DNA of 64,000 nt from positions 1-64,000 of the IMG/VR virus record IMGVR_UViG_3300031787_000044; one strand, given 5' to 3'. A program made the position numbers and the translations under genes. This DNA is from a virus. Below, piece after piece: positions 30,304 to 39,451 of this stretch (the first letter of the stretch is position 1; every line of letters begins with the position of its first letter). The notes below the pieces were generated by a model that did not search any database, was not told the DNA's origin, and saw only the letters and a list, made by a program, of their open reading frames with translations.

Positions 30304-31126
30304 TTTTCCTACGTCTCCAACGAACGGCCAGCTCTATGCTTTAAACGGTAGAACCTATCAATACAACGCAGCTAAGCAAAGATGGGATGGTTTTACAGTA
30401 AATGGCGCGCAAGGTATCCAAGGTATCACTGGTGAGCAAGGCATCCAAGGCATTTCCGGAAATCAGGGCGTCCAAGGTATTCAGGGTACCGGGGGTGCAG
30501 GTGAACAGGGTGTTCAAGGCATTACTGGATCTCAAGGTATCCAAGGTATCGCCGGTTCTATAGCTTCGCAAGGCGTGCAAGGCATTCAGGGTATCGAAGG
30601 CGCGGGCGGGCAGGGTGTTCAAGGTACTACTGGATCTCAAGGTATCCAAGGCATCGCGGGTGCCGTAGCTTCACAGGGTGTACAAGGTATTCAAGGAACC
30701 AGTGGGGCAGGATCTCAAGGCGTTCAGGGTATTACCGGATCTCAAGGTACGCAAGGAACCGGAGCTCAAGGTATTCAGGGTATCACCGGATCTCAAGGTA
30801 TAACTGGTGTATCCGGTGCAAACACGGTTCCTGCTGCAGGAACCAAGACGTCTTCTTACACATTAGCAGCTGGAGATGTAGGAGATTTTGTTGCTATAGG
30901 ATCCGGCGGTAGCATCGTAATACCAAGCGGTGTGTTTTCAACTGGCGATATAATTTCAATTTTCAATAATACTTCATCAAATGCGACAATTACTTCTTCT
31001 GCAGTAACTTCATATATTTCTGGTGCTGACACTGACGTTTCTAGTATCACCTTGTTTACAAGAGGTCTCTGCACGATCTTGTTCGTAGGTACAAACATCT
31101 GTGTAGTCTCTGGTGCAGTTTCGTAA
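30290..31126 (+). CDS. Short collagen-like fibre protein, module A subunit 4
   Basis: N-terminal 'FDFPTSPTNGQLY..TYQY..W' motif, GXQ triplets, and a C-terminal TSSYTLAAGD..GDIISIFN..VVSGAVS domain. Confidence 0.8.
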   Translation: MAAFDFPTSPTNGQLYALNGRTYQYNAAKQRWDGFTVNGAQGIQGITGEQGIQGISGNQGVQGIQGTGGAGEQGVQGITGSQGIQGIAGSIASQGVQGIQGIEGAGGQGVQGTTGSQGIQGIAGAVASQGVQGIQGTSGAGSQGVQGITGSQGTQGTGAQGIQGITGSQGITGVSGANTVPAAGTKTSSYTLAAGDVGDFVAIGSGGSIVIPSGVFSTGDIISIFNNTSSNATITSSAVTSYISGADTDVSSITLFTRGLCTILFVGTNICVVSGAVS

Positions 31127-33144
31127 TGTCAATTGGAAATCTAAATATGCTCTTGGGAACGACTGCTTATCTTAGTAGTTATAGTATTAGTTCCTCGGCC
31201 GCTTCTATCAATGAAGGAAATACCGTCACTGTTACCGTAAGCGCAAGGGTCCCGGATAGTACTACTGTAGGATATACGGTCACTGGAGTAAATGCAGAAG
31301 ATCTATCACGGAGTACAACAGGTACATTTACGCTTACAAGTAATCAAGGCATATTAGATTTCCCAACACTAATAAACGACGATATGGAAATATTCCTAGC
31401 CGTTGAGCCACTCAGTGGTTCTAATCTTAGTGTTGTTAAGTATAGAACAACGGCAGATCTGCAAAGCCCAGTACTTGAAGGGCAATACTTTTACCCGGTC
31501 GGTAGCAGTCAAAGAGCTAGTTCGATATTTTTTAAACCAGACGGTGAAAAATTTTGGTTACTAGACAATAATAATGATGAAATTGCTGAGTTCAGTATGA
31601 CACCCGAACCAAGCGTGGATCAATGGGATCTCAGCACGGTTGTTGCTGGACCAGTTGATCCCTACAGTACACTTGGAACGAATCACCAAGGTCTTTGGAT
31701 TTCGAGTAGCGGTACACAACTATTTCAAACTGATCGTGCTTTAAGCAGAATAATACAAGATACAATAACTGCGTGGAATCCAACCTTTTCACTTGGCCCA
31801 CAGAGTCCAGAGAGAACCTTGGACATATCGGCAACCGCAAGCCTTCCTACTGGAATACACGTAAAACCGGATGGAACGAAGGCATTCGTAGCAGACGTAT
31901 CAAATCCGACACTAGGTTCTCCTGGTGCAATTTTAGCATACTCTGGTACTGCGTTTCAGTGTAACACTTGGACATTTTCTACATCGTTAGCAGTAGGTTA
32001 TTTTCCGCTTGATGTGCGCGTGAATGATACTGGTACTAAAATGTACACGGTTGGAGACAATAGAATAATATATTACTATACGTTAAGTACTCCTTGGGAC
32101 TTAAGCACGGCGACGTTAGTATCGTCTCTAAATCTATCCGCATCGTATAGTCTAATTCAAGGAATTTATATTGCAAATCCTGCATCAGAAACATTTAGAC
32201 TTACACTCGACGCAACGGACAGTATAGGTAATCAAACCGGATCGAAGTTCGTAGATGTAGTCATAAATGATTATGTTACGCCAGGATTTCAACTTTTTTC
32301 TACTCCTGGTACCACAACATTTACTGTCCCTAATGACGTTACTAGTGTAAACGTGGTTGCTATCGGTGGGGGCGGTGGCGGACAGATTAGCCGAGGAACA
32401 TCTGGTGGTGGTGAAGTACCTGCTAGCGGCGGCGGCGGGGGCGGTCTCGGCTGGAAAAACAATATTGCTGTTACACCTGGAAGTACTTATACAGTCCTCG
32501 TTGGGCAAGGTGGTGCTGGGGCCACTATAGTTGGAGACCAGCTTTCGACTACCGTAAACGGTAGTCCTGGATTTGATAGTTATTTTATAAGCTCCGGCAC
32601 GGTTAAGGGTGGATTCGGTGGCGGCGGCGATTCTGATGGAGGATCTGCCGGGACGTTTACTGGCGATGGGGGCGGGAATGGCGGTGTAGGGCAGACTCGA
32701 TCTTCTGGTTATGATGGCGGGGGCGGCGGCGGGGCGGGCGGTTATTCTGGAAACGGCGGCGGCGCAACTAGCGGTCAAGGAAATAATCCAGCAACAAATT
32801 CTGGAGGAGGGGGTGCCGGTGCGAGTAGAGAATATAGCCCAGACATTTCCGGCGGATTTATTTCGGAAGGCGGTGACGGCGGCGGAGTAGGTGCTCACGG
32901 TAAGGGCTCTGACGGAGTAGGAGGCGGGGCGACACAGATTAGTGGAGGTACAACAGCTCCTAGCGGAACTGCCGGCAGTTTTGGTTCTAGTCAAACTTAT
33001 GGGGGCGGCGGCGGCGGAGCTATGTACGCTTACTTTGACAGTGGTGCTACACGAACTGCTTCTTCAGGAAGCCCTGGCGCTGTTCTTATAAGATGGGGCA
33101 CCGGCACGACGTTCCCTGATTATAAAAATCCTGCATCATACTAA
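31126..33144 (+). CDS. Putative receptor-binding/adhesin protein: Ig-like domain, beta-propeller and glycine-rich C-terminal domain
   Basis: SINEGNTVTVTV Ig/Calx-like start. Propeller blades FFKPDGEKF, ISSSGTQLF, VKPDGTKAF, VNDTGTKMY and PWDLSTA. Then FSTPGTTTFTVP..IGGGGGG..GAVLIRW Gly-rich domain. Confidence 0.68.
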   Translation: MSIGNLNMLLGTTAYLSSYSISSSAASINEGNTVTVTVSARVPDSTTVGYTVTGVNAEDLSRSTTGTFTLTSNQGILDFPTLINDDMEIFLAVEPLSGSNLSVVKYRTTADLQSPVLEGQYFYPVGSSQRASSIFFKPDGEKFWLLDNNNDEIAEFSMTPEPSVDQWDLSTVVAGPVDPYSTLGTNHQGLWISSSGTQLFQTDRALSRIIQDTITAWNPTFSLGPQSPERTLDISATASLPTGIHVKPDGTKAFVADVSNPTLGSPGAILAYSGTAFQCNTWTFSTSLAVGYFPLDVRVNDTGTKMYTVGDNRIIYYYTLSTPWDLSTATLVSSLNLSASYSLIQGIYIANPASETFRLTLDATDSIGNQTGSKFVDVVINDYVTPGFQLFSTPGTTTFTVPNDVTSVNVVAIGGGGGGQISRGTSGGGEVPASGGGGGGLGWKNNIAVTPGSTYTVLVGQGGAGATIVGDQLSTTVNGSPGFDSYFISSGTVKGGFGGGGDSDGGSAGTFTGDGGGNGGVGQTRSSGYDGGGGGGAGGYSGNGGGATSGQGNNPATNSGGGGAGASREYSPDISGGFISEGGDGGGVGAHGKGSDGVGGGATQISGGTTAPSGTAGSFGSSQTYGGGGGGAMYAYFDSGATRTASSGSPGAVLIRWGTGTTFPDYKNPASY

Positions 33145-33170
33145 ATGGATTTAAGTATTCGAGATCAATT

Positions 33171-33178
33171 TATAAATA
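33171..33178 (+). promoter_or_regulatory. T4-type late promoter
   Basis: TATAAATA at the head of the propeller gene array. Confidence 0.8.
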
Positions 33179-33206
33179 GTTAAGATACACAAGGGAGATC
33201 TTGAGA

Positions 33207-33296
33207 ATGTTGTTTAATACGAACGGATCTGTTAACAAAACGCGCTTGTGTGATCTTACTCAAATAATAGGACGCTCTGGCGAGCAACGGGTGTAA
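33207..33296 (+). pseudogene. Degenerate remnant (29-codon micro-ORF) of a Kelch-like propeller gene C-terminus
   Basis: MLFNTNGSVNKTRLCDLTQIIGRSGEQRV* aligns with the last blade F.ANGNATDVGDLTQARTGSAGQQV*. The junction GTGTAAACATGGCA is identical to that at 43923-43936. Confidence 0.6.
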
Positions 33297-33298
33297 AC

Positions 33299-34306
33299 AT
33301 GGCATACATAATAAAAGGCACTACTGTTATAAGTGATGCGGGCGCGATTGATTCCGCACAGAGTAAGATAATTGCAAACAGTTCGTTGGCGCTCGAAGAA
33401 GCTATAGTATATTCACCAGTGCAAGGTAGTACGAGTGGATATACATCAGGTGGAGAAATTGCAAGCCTTAACTATGTGAATACTATCGACAAGTTTCCGT
33501 TTGCGGCAGACGGAAATGCTACCGATGTTGGTGATCTAACAGCACCAGCTCGTCGAGCAGCAGCAGGTCAATCAAGCGCTGAGTCTGGGTATACTTCAGG
33601 CGGTCAATCGCCAATACTTAACACAATTGATAAGTTTCCGTTTGCAGCTAATGCTAATGCCACTGACGTCGGTGATCTTACACAAGCAAGAGCCGCCCCT
33701 GCCGGCCAATCTAGTGACGTAAGCGGTTATACATCTGGCGGAGTGACTGGGCCTACTTACGTTAACACTATAGATAAGTTTCCTTTTGCTGCAAATGCCA
33801 ACGCAACAGACGTTGGTGATCTTACACAAGAAAGAGTAAACGTTGCCGGCCAATCTAGTGACGTAAGCGGTTATACATCTGGGGGATTTAATCTTTCTAC
33901 TCTTGTTAACACTATATTCAAGTTTCCTTTTGCATCTAACGGTAATGCCACAGACGTTGGTGATCTTACACAAGCAAGACTAAGCTCTGCCGGCCAATCT
34001 AGTGACGTAAGCGGTTATACTTCTGGAGGACTTGACCCAGGAATTACTCCTCCTCCTACTCTTGTTAACACTATAGACAAGTTTCCCTTTGCGACAGACG
34101 CCAATGCTACTGACGTGGGTGATCTTACACAATCAAGGTTTGGCCCGGCAGGTCAATCAAGTACAGAATCTGGCTACAATTCAGGCGGGGTCTTGCCTGC
34201 GTACGCAAACACTATTGACAAATTTTCATTCGCGGCAAACGCCAATGCTACTGACGTAGGAGACCTTACACAAGCAAGACTTTACGCAGCAGGTCAACAG
34301 GTATAA
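33299..34306 (+). CDS. Six-bladed Kelch-like beta-propeller protein, paralogue 1
   Basis: Six repeats of SGYTSGG-x(n)-NTIDKFPFAxxANATDVGDLTQAR-xxx-AGQSS. Ends in AGQQV. Confidence 0.8.
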   Translation: MAYIIKGTTVISDAGAIDSAQSKIIANSSLALEEAIVYSPVQGSTSGYTSGGEIASLNYVNTIDKFPFAADGNATDVGDLTAPARRAAAGQSSAESGYTSGGQSPILNTIDKFPFAANANATDVGDLTQARAAPAGQSSDVSGYTSGGVTGPTYVNTIDKFPFAANANATDVGDLTQERVNVAGQSSDVSGYTSGGFNLSTLVNTIFKFPFASNGNATDVGDLTQARLSSAGQSSDVSGYTSGGLDPGITPPPTLVNTIDKFPFATDANATDVGDLTQSRFGPAGQSSTESGYNSGGVLPAYANTIDKFSFAANANATDVGDLTQARLYAAGQQV

Positions 34307-34309
34307 ATA
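34302..34309 (+). promoter_or_regulatory. Late promoter overlapping the stop codon of paralogue 1
   Basis: GTA TAA ATA contains TATAAATA. Confidence 0.75.
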
Positions 34310-34338
34310 AACTAGAGTAGAGTTGGAGAAAGTAAGTC

Positions 34339-35439
34339 ATGGCATTTAAGATAAACGGATCTGATGTTATAGGTGCTGCTAGATCGTATGCCAGTACCGC
34401 AAACGTATCCGTCACAGATTCCATCATCATCGCAAATAACGATTCGTTGGATGCCGTGAGTGGATCGGCTGCCGGATATACTTTCTCGGATGGTACCGTT
34501 GTGATTGGAGAAGACGGTCTAGCGTTAAATGATATTACTCTACGAGATGCTTCGATAGAGGTGACTGGGCCGCTGTTTCAAGGAACGATAAGCGGATATG
34601 CTTCTGGGGGAGGCGACGGTCCCCCGGCGGGTCTCACAATAGAGAAGTTTTCATTTACGTCAGATGGAAATGCCACAGATGTTGGAGACTTAACTGTCCA
34701 AAGAGGATACGCCTCAGGTCAAAGCAGTTCTGTTTCAGGATACACTTCTGGAGGACTCGCCGGCGGTGCTCTCAATACGATCGACAAGTTTCCATTTGCT
34801 TCAAATGCGAATGCCACAGATGTAGGAGACTTAACGCAAGCTAGAAGGAGTATCGGCGGCGGGGGCCAGACTTCTACTGTAAGCGGTTATACTTCAGGAG
34901 GCTTTGTTCCTGCAGCTGTTAATACCATAGATAAATTTCCGTTTGCTGTAAATGCAAACGCCACAGATGTTGGGGACTTAACTGTAGGAAGGTATAACAT
35001 TGCAGGACAATCGAGTACTGAATATGGTTATACCGCCGGTGGATCACCTTCGAATATAATTGACAAGTTTCCATTCGCTGCCGATGGCAATGCTACAGAT
35101 GTAGGCGATTTATCAATAGGAAAATTGGGGCCAGCTGGACAGTCTAGCACCGTGTCTGGCTATACTTCCGGATCATTCCCAGGTAGCAACGTAATAGATA
35201 AATTTCCATTTGCTTCAAATGCTAACGCGACGGACGTGGGTGACCTTAGCCAAGCAAGAGGGTCTAACGCTGGACAGAGTTCTACTACGAATGGTTATAC
35301 TTCTGGCGGGACGTACCAGTTCCTGCCTACTGCGGTCAAAAACACAATAGATAAGTTCCCATTTGCGGCGGATGCTAACGCTACGGACGTAGGTGATCTT
35401 ACGGTTACAAGATCCTCCCCGACAGGACAACAGGTATAA
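34339..35439 (+). CDS. Six-bladed Kelch-like beta-propeller protein, paralogue 2
   Basis: Six TDVGDL repeats after a ~80 aa leader. Ends in TGQQV. Confidence 0.8.
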   Translation: MAFKINGSDVIGAARSYASTANVSVTDSIIIANNDSLDAVSGSAAGYTFSDGTVVIGEDGLALNDITLRDASIEVTGPLFQGTISGYASGGGDGPPAGLTIEKFSFTSDGNATDVGDLTVQRGYASGQSSSVSGYTSGGLAGGALNTIDKFPFASNANATDVGDLTQARRSIGGGGQTSTVSGYTSGGFVPAAVNTIDKFPFAVNANATDVGDLTVGRYNIAGQSSTEYGYTAGGSPSNIIDKFPFAADGNATDVGDLSIGKLGPAGQSSTVSGYTSGSFPGSNVIDKFPFASNANATDVGDLSQARGSNAGQSSTTNGYTSGGTYQFLPTAVKNTIDKFPFAADANATDVGDLTVTRSSPTGQQV

Positions 35440-35442
35440 AAC

Positions 35443-36435
35443 ATGGCAAAAGTAATTACAGAAAATTTCGCGTTTACACAGTATGCTGATGGTATAGAAT
35501 TTAACGGTAAAGCCGTTGCGACTGCGTTTGATGTTCCACCAATATTTCAAGGAACTGTAAGCGGTTACGCAACGGGCGGGAGCTATCCTAGCGGAACAAC
35601 TGCAATTAGAAAATTTTCCTTTGCGTCAAATGGAAATTCTGTAAGTGTAGGCAACTTGACGAACGCCCTGAGTGGAGGTGCAGGACAATCTAGTTCTACA
35701 TCTGGTTATACAACAGGATCCGGCACCGGCTCTATCAATATGATTAATAAGTTTCCATTTTCTGTTGACGCAAACGCAACGGATGTTGGTGATCTTACAC
35801 AATTAAGGGTAAATCCGGCCGGTCAATCGAGTCCCGTATCTGGTTATGGTTATTCGTCTGGCGGCACGGGCGGCTCACCTTATTCAAATGTAATAGATAA
35901 GTTTCCTTTTTCAGCAGACGCCAATGCAACAGATGTAGGAGATCTTACGCAATTAAGAGAGTATCCGGCTGGACAATCTAGTGTTACATCAGGTTATTCT
36001 TCTGGTGGATATTCACCTCCATTTAGAAATACTATAGACAAGTTTCCGTTTGCTTCTGACGCAAACGCAACTGATGTTGGAGACCTTACTGTATCTAGGT
36101 CTAGAGCAGCAGGACAGTCTAGTGATGTGTCAGGATATTCGTCTGGAGGCAGAGAAATTCCTACTCTTCTAAATGTAATAGACAAGTTTCCATTTGCCTC
36201 AAACGCAAACGCAACTGATGTCGGAGATCTTACACAGAGCCGTAACGCGGCTTCAGGTCAATCTAGTACTGTTTCAGGTTATTCGTCTGGAGGCGATGGC
36301 ACCCCGTCCCCCGCCTTTTCAAATGTAATAGATAAGTTTCCTTTTGCCTCAAACGCAAACGCAACTGATGTAGGCGATTTAGCTCAAGGAAATGTAGGTG
36401 GGGTAACTGGACAAACCGCAGGCCAACAGGTATAA
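35443..36435 (+). CDS. Six-bladed Kelch-like beta-propeller protein, paralogue 3
   Basis: Six repeats, the first one divergent. Ends in AGQQV. Confidence 0.8.
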   Translation: MAKVITENFAFTQYADGIEFNGKAVATAFDVPPIFQGTVSGYATGGSYPSGTTAIRKFSFASNGNSVSVGNLTNALSGGAGQSSSTSGYTTGSGTGSINMINKFPFSVDANATDVGDLTQLRVNPAGQSSPVSGYGYSSGGTGGSPYSNVIDKFPFSADANATDVGDLTQLREYPAGQSSVTSGYSSGGYSPPFRNTIDKFPFASDANATDVGDLTVSRSRAAGQSSDVSGYSSGGREIPTLLNVIDKFPFASNANATDVGDLTQSRNAASGQSSTVSGYSSGGDGTPSPAFSNVIDKFPFASNANATDVGDLAQGNVGGVTGQTAGQQV

Positions 36436-36438
36436 ATA
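36431..36438 (+). promoter_or_regulatory. Late promoter overlapping the stop codon of paralogue 3
   Basis: GTA TAA ATA contains TATAAATA. Confidence 0.75.
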
Positions 36439-36461
36439 AATGAAAATGTCAAGGATTTAAT

Positions 36462-37427
36462 ATGCCTATTACGTTAAACAAAGACTCGATTAACTTCGGT
36501 AACTACAGCATATCTCTGCATCCTAACGGCATTGAGATCGACGGTAAGTTTAAGTATGCGTCGAGTGATATATACGTGAGACCATTTCAAGGTACGATAA
36601 GTGGATATACTTCTGGCGGAACAATACCACCAAATAATAGTACTAACACAATTGATAAGTTTCCATTCTCGTCCAATGCTAACGCAACTGACGTGGGTGA
36701 TTTGACGCAAGCAAGGCGCGAGAGCGCAGGCCAATCAAGTGCCGAATCTGGTTATACTTCTGGTGGTTATGGATCAGGAAACTCAAACGTAATAGATAAG
36801 TTTCCGTTTGCCGCGAATGGCAACGCAACGGATGTTGGCGATCTTACACAAGCAAGAAATTCGCTTTCCGGAACTTCTAGTTCCGCATCAGGCTATTCAG
36901 CTGGAGGTTTTGGTCCTCTAAATACTGTTGACAAGTTTCCGTTTGCCGCGAATGGCAACGCAACGGATGTTGGCGATCTTACACAATCAAGGTATGGCCC
37001 GGCAGGTCAATCAAGTACATCATCAGGTTATGCGTCTGGTGGTTTTACAACTGCAAACTCTAATGTAATTGATAAGTTTCCTTTTTCTTCTGATGCCAAC
37101 GCGACGGACGTCGGTGATTTGACTCTGGCAAGAAACCTTGTAACTGGTCAATCTAGTTCTGAATCAGGTTATGCGTCTGGAGGAGGAACCTCAAACGTAA
37201 TAGACAAGTTTCCATTTGCATCTAATGCAAACGCAACAGACGTCGGAGATCTTACACAAGCAAGAACTGGATCGGCGGGTCAAAGCTCTACAGAATCTGG
37301 TTACACTTCTGGTGGAAGCCCATTTCTTAACACAATCGACAAGTTTCCATTTGCTGCAAATGCTAACGCAACAGACGTGGGTGATTTAACTCAAGGTAGA
37401 CAATCTTCGGCTGGTCAACAGATATAA
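36462..37427 (+). CDS. Six-bladed Kelch-like beta-propeller protein, paralogue 4
   Basis: Six repeats. Ends in AGQQI. Confidence 0.8.
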   Translation: MPITLNKDSINFGNYSISLHPNGIEIDGKFKYASSDIYVRPFQGTISGYTSGGTIPPNNSTNTIDKFPFSSNANATDVGDLTQARRESAGQSSAESGYTSGGYGSGNSNVIDKFPFAANGNATDVGDLTQARNSLSGTSSSASGYSAGGFGPLNTVDKFPFAANGNATDVGDLTQSRYGPAGQSSTSSGYASGGFTTANSNVIDKFPFSSDANATDVGDLTLARNLVTGQSSSESGYASGGGTSNVIDKFPFASNANATDVGDLTQARTGSAGQSSTESGYTSGGSPFLNTIDKFPFAANANATDVGDLTQGRQSSAGQQI

Positions 37428-37430
37428 ATA
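37423..37430 (+). promoter_or_regulatory. Late promoter overlapping the stop codon of paralogue 4, upstream of the sulfotransferase
   Basis: ATA TAA ATA contains TATAAATA. Confidence 0.75.
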
Positions 37431-37457
37431 ATCTTGTGAAACAACGAGAGTTATATT

Positions 37458-38285
37458 ATGAAACAATTGAATTTTTGCGCAGGTCTTCCAAGAACCGGAT
37501 CGACCGTGCTTATGAATATCCTACAACAGAACCCAGAAATCTTTACAACCGCCACGGATCCCTTTCCTGAGATACTCAGCGAACAGATCCTCATTAAATC
37601 TCGTTATCGAGAATCCTTTCAGGCAATGAGCTGCGAACAAGCAGACGATGCCGTTTACGGAATGGCGATTGGTGCTACGAAGGGTTGGTACGAAGGACTC
37701 ACAAAGAAACCAGTCGTGATCTCAAAGTCAAGAACTTGGTCGAACCTTCATCATCTCTTTCCAAACAACAAGATACTCGTCACAGTAAGAGACCTTCGAG
37801 ACATCGTCGAGAGTTTTGATCGTGTCAACGATAAGATTAAAGCCCTTCATACCTTCGGTGATGGTAACATTCTCTACGGCTCTATGACTGAGACCGAGAA
37901 GTATCACTATCACTTTAAAGAATCAAACGCGTTTTCAGGCAATCTGAGACACGAGATACTCAAGTACATTGAACTCTTTAAGACCAATCCGGAAAGAGTT
38001 AAGTTTGTTCGATACGAGGATCTGCTTAAGGAACCAGTCTACATGCTTCGAAGAATATACGACTTCTTAGGTCTTGAATACTTTGAGCACGATTTGAACA
38101 ACATAGAGCAGTCTGCATTATTCGAACACGACAACGCGTACTTTCGTGAGAAGACGGATCATCATACGAAGCCTTCTCTTCTACCTTGGAAGGAACCAAA
38201 GAGAGTACTCTCAGAAAGTTTTCACGAAAAAGTCGTGAGCGAAAACACCTGGTTCTATAAATCCTTTTATCCTGACGCGATATAA
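37458..38285 (+). CDS. PAPS-dependent sulfotransferase family protein
   Basis: 5'-PSB loop GLPRTGSTVL, 3'-PB VRDLRDIVES, and VRYEDLLKEP..LRRIYDFLG. Confidence 0.88.
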   Translation: MKQLNFCAGLPRTGSTVLMNILQQNPEIFTTATDPFPEILSEQILIKSRYRESFQAMSCEQADDAVYGMAIGATKGWYEGLTKKPVVISKSRTWSNLHHLFPNNKILVTVRDLRDIVESFDRVNDKIKALHTFGDGNILYGSMTETEKYHYHFKESNAFSGNLRHEILKYIELFKTNPERVKFVRYEDLLKEPVYMLRRIYDFLGLEYFEHDLNNIEQSALFEHDNAYFREKTDHHTKPSLLPWKEPKRVLSESFHEKVVSENTWFYKSFYPDAI

Positions 38286-38288
38286 ATA
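38281..38288 (+). promoter_or_regulatory. Late promoter overlapping the sulfotransferase stop codon
   Basis: TATAAATA followed by a GGAG RBS before 38316. Confidence 0.75.
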
Positions 38289-38315
38289 ATACTATATGAT
38301 GATACGGAGTACATT

Positions 38316-38873
38316 ATGAACGAACACGCGACTAACATTTTTAATGTTCCAATATGGGGATACGTTCTTACGAACGAAAAGTATCAAGCAGAAGATTATC
38401 TCGACAGAGTTCTAGAACTATACGCTCAGGAACCGTCGGTATCAAAGAGTAACTCGGGCGGTGCCTGGCAGTCGAGAGACGATCTTCACGAGGATCCGAT
38501 CTTTCGAGAGTTTGTAAAAAACATTCTACTCAAATCGATCGCATCAAACATTCTCAAGGACTACGGCATCACCGAGTTCAAGCTACAGAGCATGTGGGCA
38601 AACGTAAACGGTAAGCACTCTTTCAATCACCATCACACGCACGAGGGTTATCTCTCGGGTGTATTCTATCTTAGAGTACCGCAGAACTCTGGTCGTCTCG
38701 TATTTACGAACCCAGCCATTCGCAGCGAGAGACATCCAATTCGTGATAAGAACTATCCAATTCAACCACAACCTCTTGCGTGTATTGTCTTTCCGAGTTG
38801 GCTCGAACACTATGTCGAACCAAATCAGTCGGACGATACGAGAGTAAGTATCAGCTTTAACATAGGTGTTTGA
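38316..38873 (+). CDS. 2OG-Fe(II) oxygenase (TIGR02466-like)
   Basis: SNSGGAWQS, WANVN..FNHHHTH..LSGVFY, FPSWLEHYVEPN and RVSISFN. Confidence 0.88.
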   Translation: MNEHATNIFNVPIWGYVLTNEKYQAEDYLDRVLELYAQEPSVSKSNSGGAWQSRDDLHEDPIFREFVKNILLKSIASNILKDYGITEFKLQSMWANVNGKHSFNHHHTHEGYLSGVFYLRVPQNSGRLVFTNPAIRSERHPIRDKNYPIQPQPLACIVFPSWLEHYVEPNQSDDTRVSISFNIGV

Positions 38874-38875
38874 TT

Positions 38876-39448
38876 ATGAACCATAAAAAGTTACACATTA
38901 ACGGCCGTGAAGTAGATATCTATGACGATCTGTTTACGTTTGAAGAGATCTCAAAGATGTTCATCGCGGTTCGTAATTTTCCCTACACAGCTACTAATTT
39001 TAGCGACGGGTTTAGATCGCACATCTACGGCGAAAAGCACAAGCTCAAGTACGTGTTTGGATCGCGTGAAGAAGCAACTAACTTTGGCATTATAAATAGA
39101 CTCAATCAGGTCAATCCACATTTTGCTAAGAATTATATCGTTCACCGACAATATGTAAATCTTGCTACGACGAGCGACTTCGATACGATTCACATAGACG
39201 ACAATCATCTAGAAAAGCCTAAGACGGCGCTATACTATCCTCACCCGGATTGGAACATTCATTGGGGAGGTCATACATTCTTCTTCAACGAAAAGTTGGA
39301 TAGTATAGAATACACAGCAGCGTATAAACCTGGAAGGCTTGTCATCTTTGATGGTTCGATACCTCACTGTGGTTCGCCGCCATACGCATCTGCTCAAGAT
39401 AAAAGATACGTTGTGACCTGCAAGTTTCAATATACGAATGGAGAATAA
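38876..39448 (+). CDS. 2OG-Fe(II) oxygenase (prolyl-hydroxylase-like)
   Basis: HxD (IHID), WNIHWGGHTFF, PGRLVIFDGSIPH and the R in KRYVVTCK. Confidence 0.85.
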   Translation: MNHKKLHINGREVDIYDDLFTFEEISKMFIAVRNFPYTATNFSDGFRSHIYGEKHKLKYVFGSREEATNFGIINRLNQVNPHFAKNYIVHRQYVNLATTSDFDTIHIDDNHLEKPKTALYYPHPDWNIHWGGHTFFFNEKLDSIEYTAAYKPGRLVIFDGSIPHCGSPPYASAQDKRYVVTCKFQYTNGE

Positions 39449-39451
39449 ATT

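Noticed and set aside
27880-30649. Long alternative-frame and antisense ORFs (TLNTLDTL..., KVFRVSKV...) over the collagen genes, and likewise at 49102-50521
   Set aside because: These are shadows of the 9-bp CAR-GGT-RTY repeat, which lacks stops in other frames. They have no RBS or independent signal.
32185-32994. 269 aa minus-strand Ala/Thr/Ser-rich ORF
   Set aside because: It is the antisense shadow of GGC-rich glycine codons.
39091-39098. Intragenic TATAAATA, also at 61848-61855
   Set aside because: Both are inside coding sequence and far from a start codon, so they may be chance matches in AT-rich DNA. Not called as promoters.
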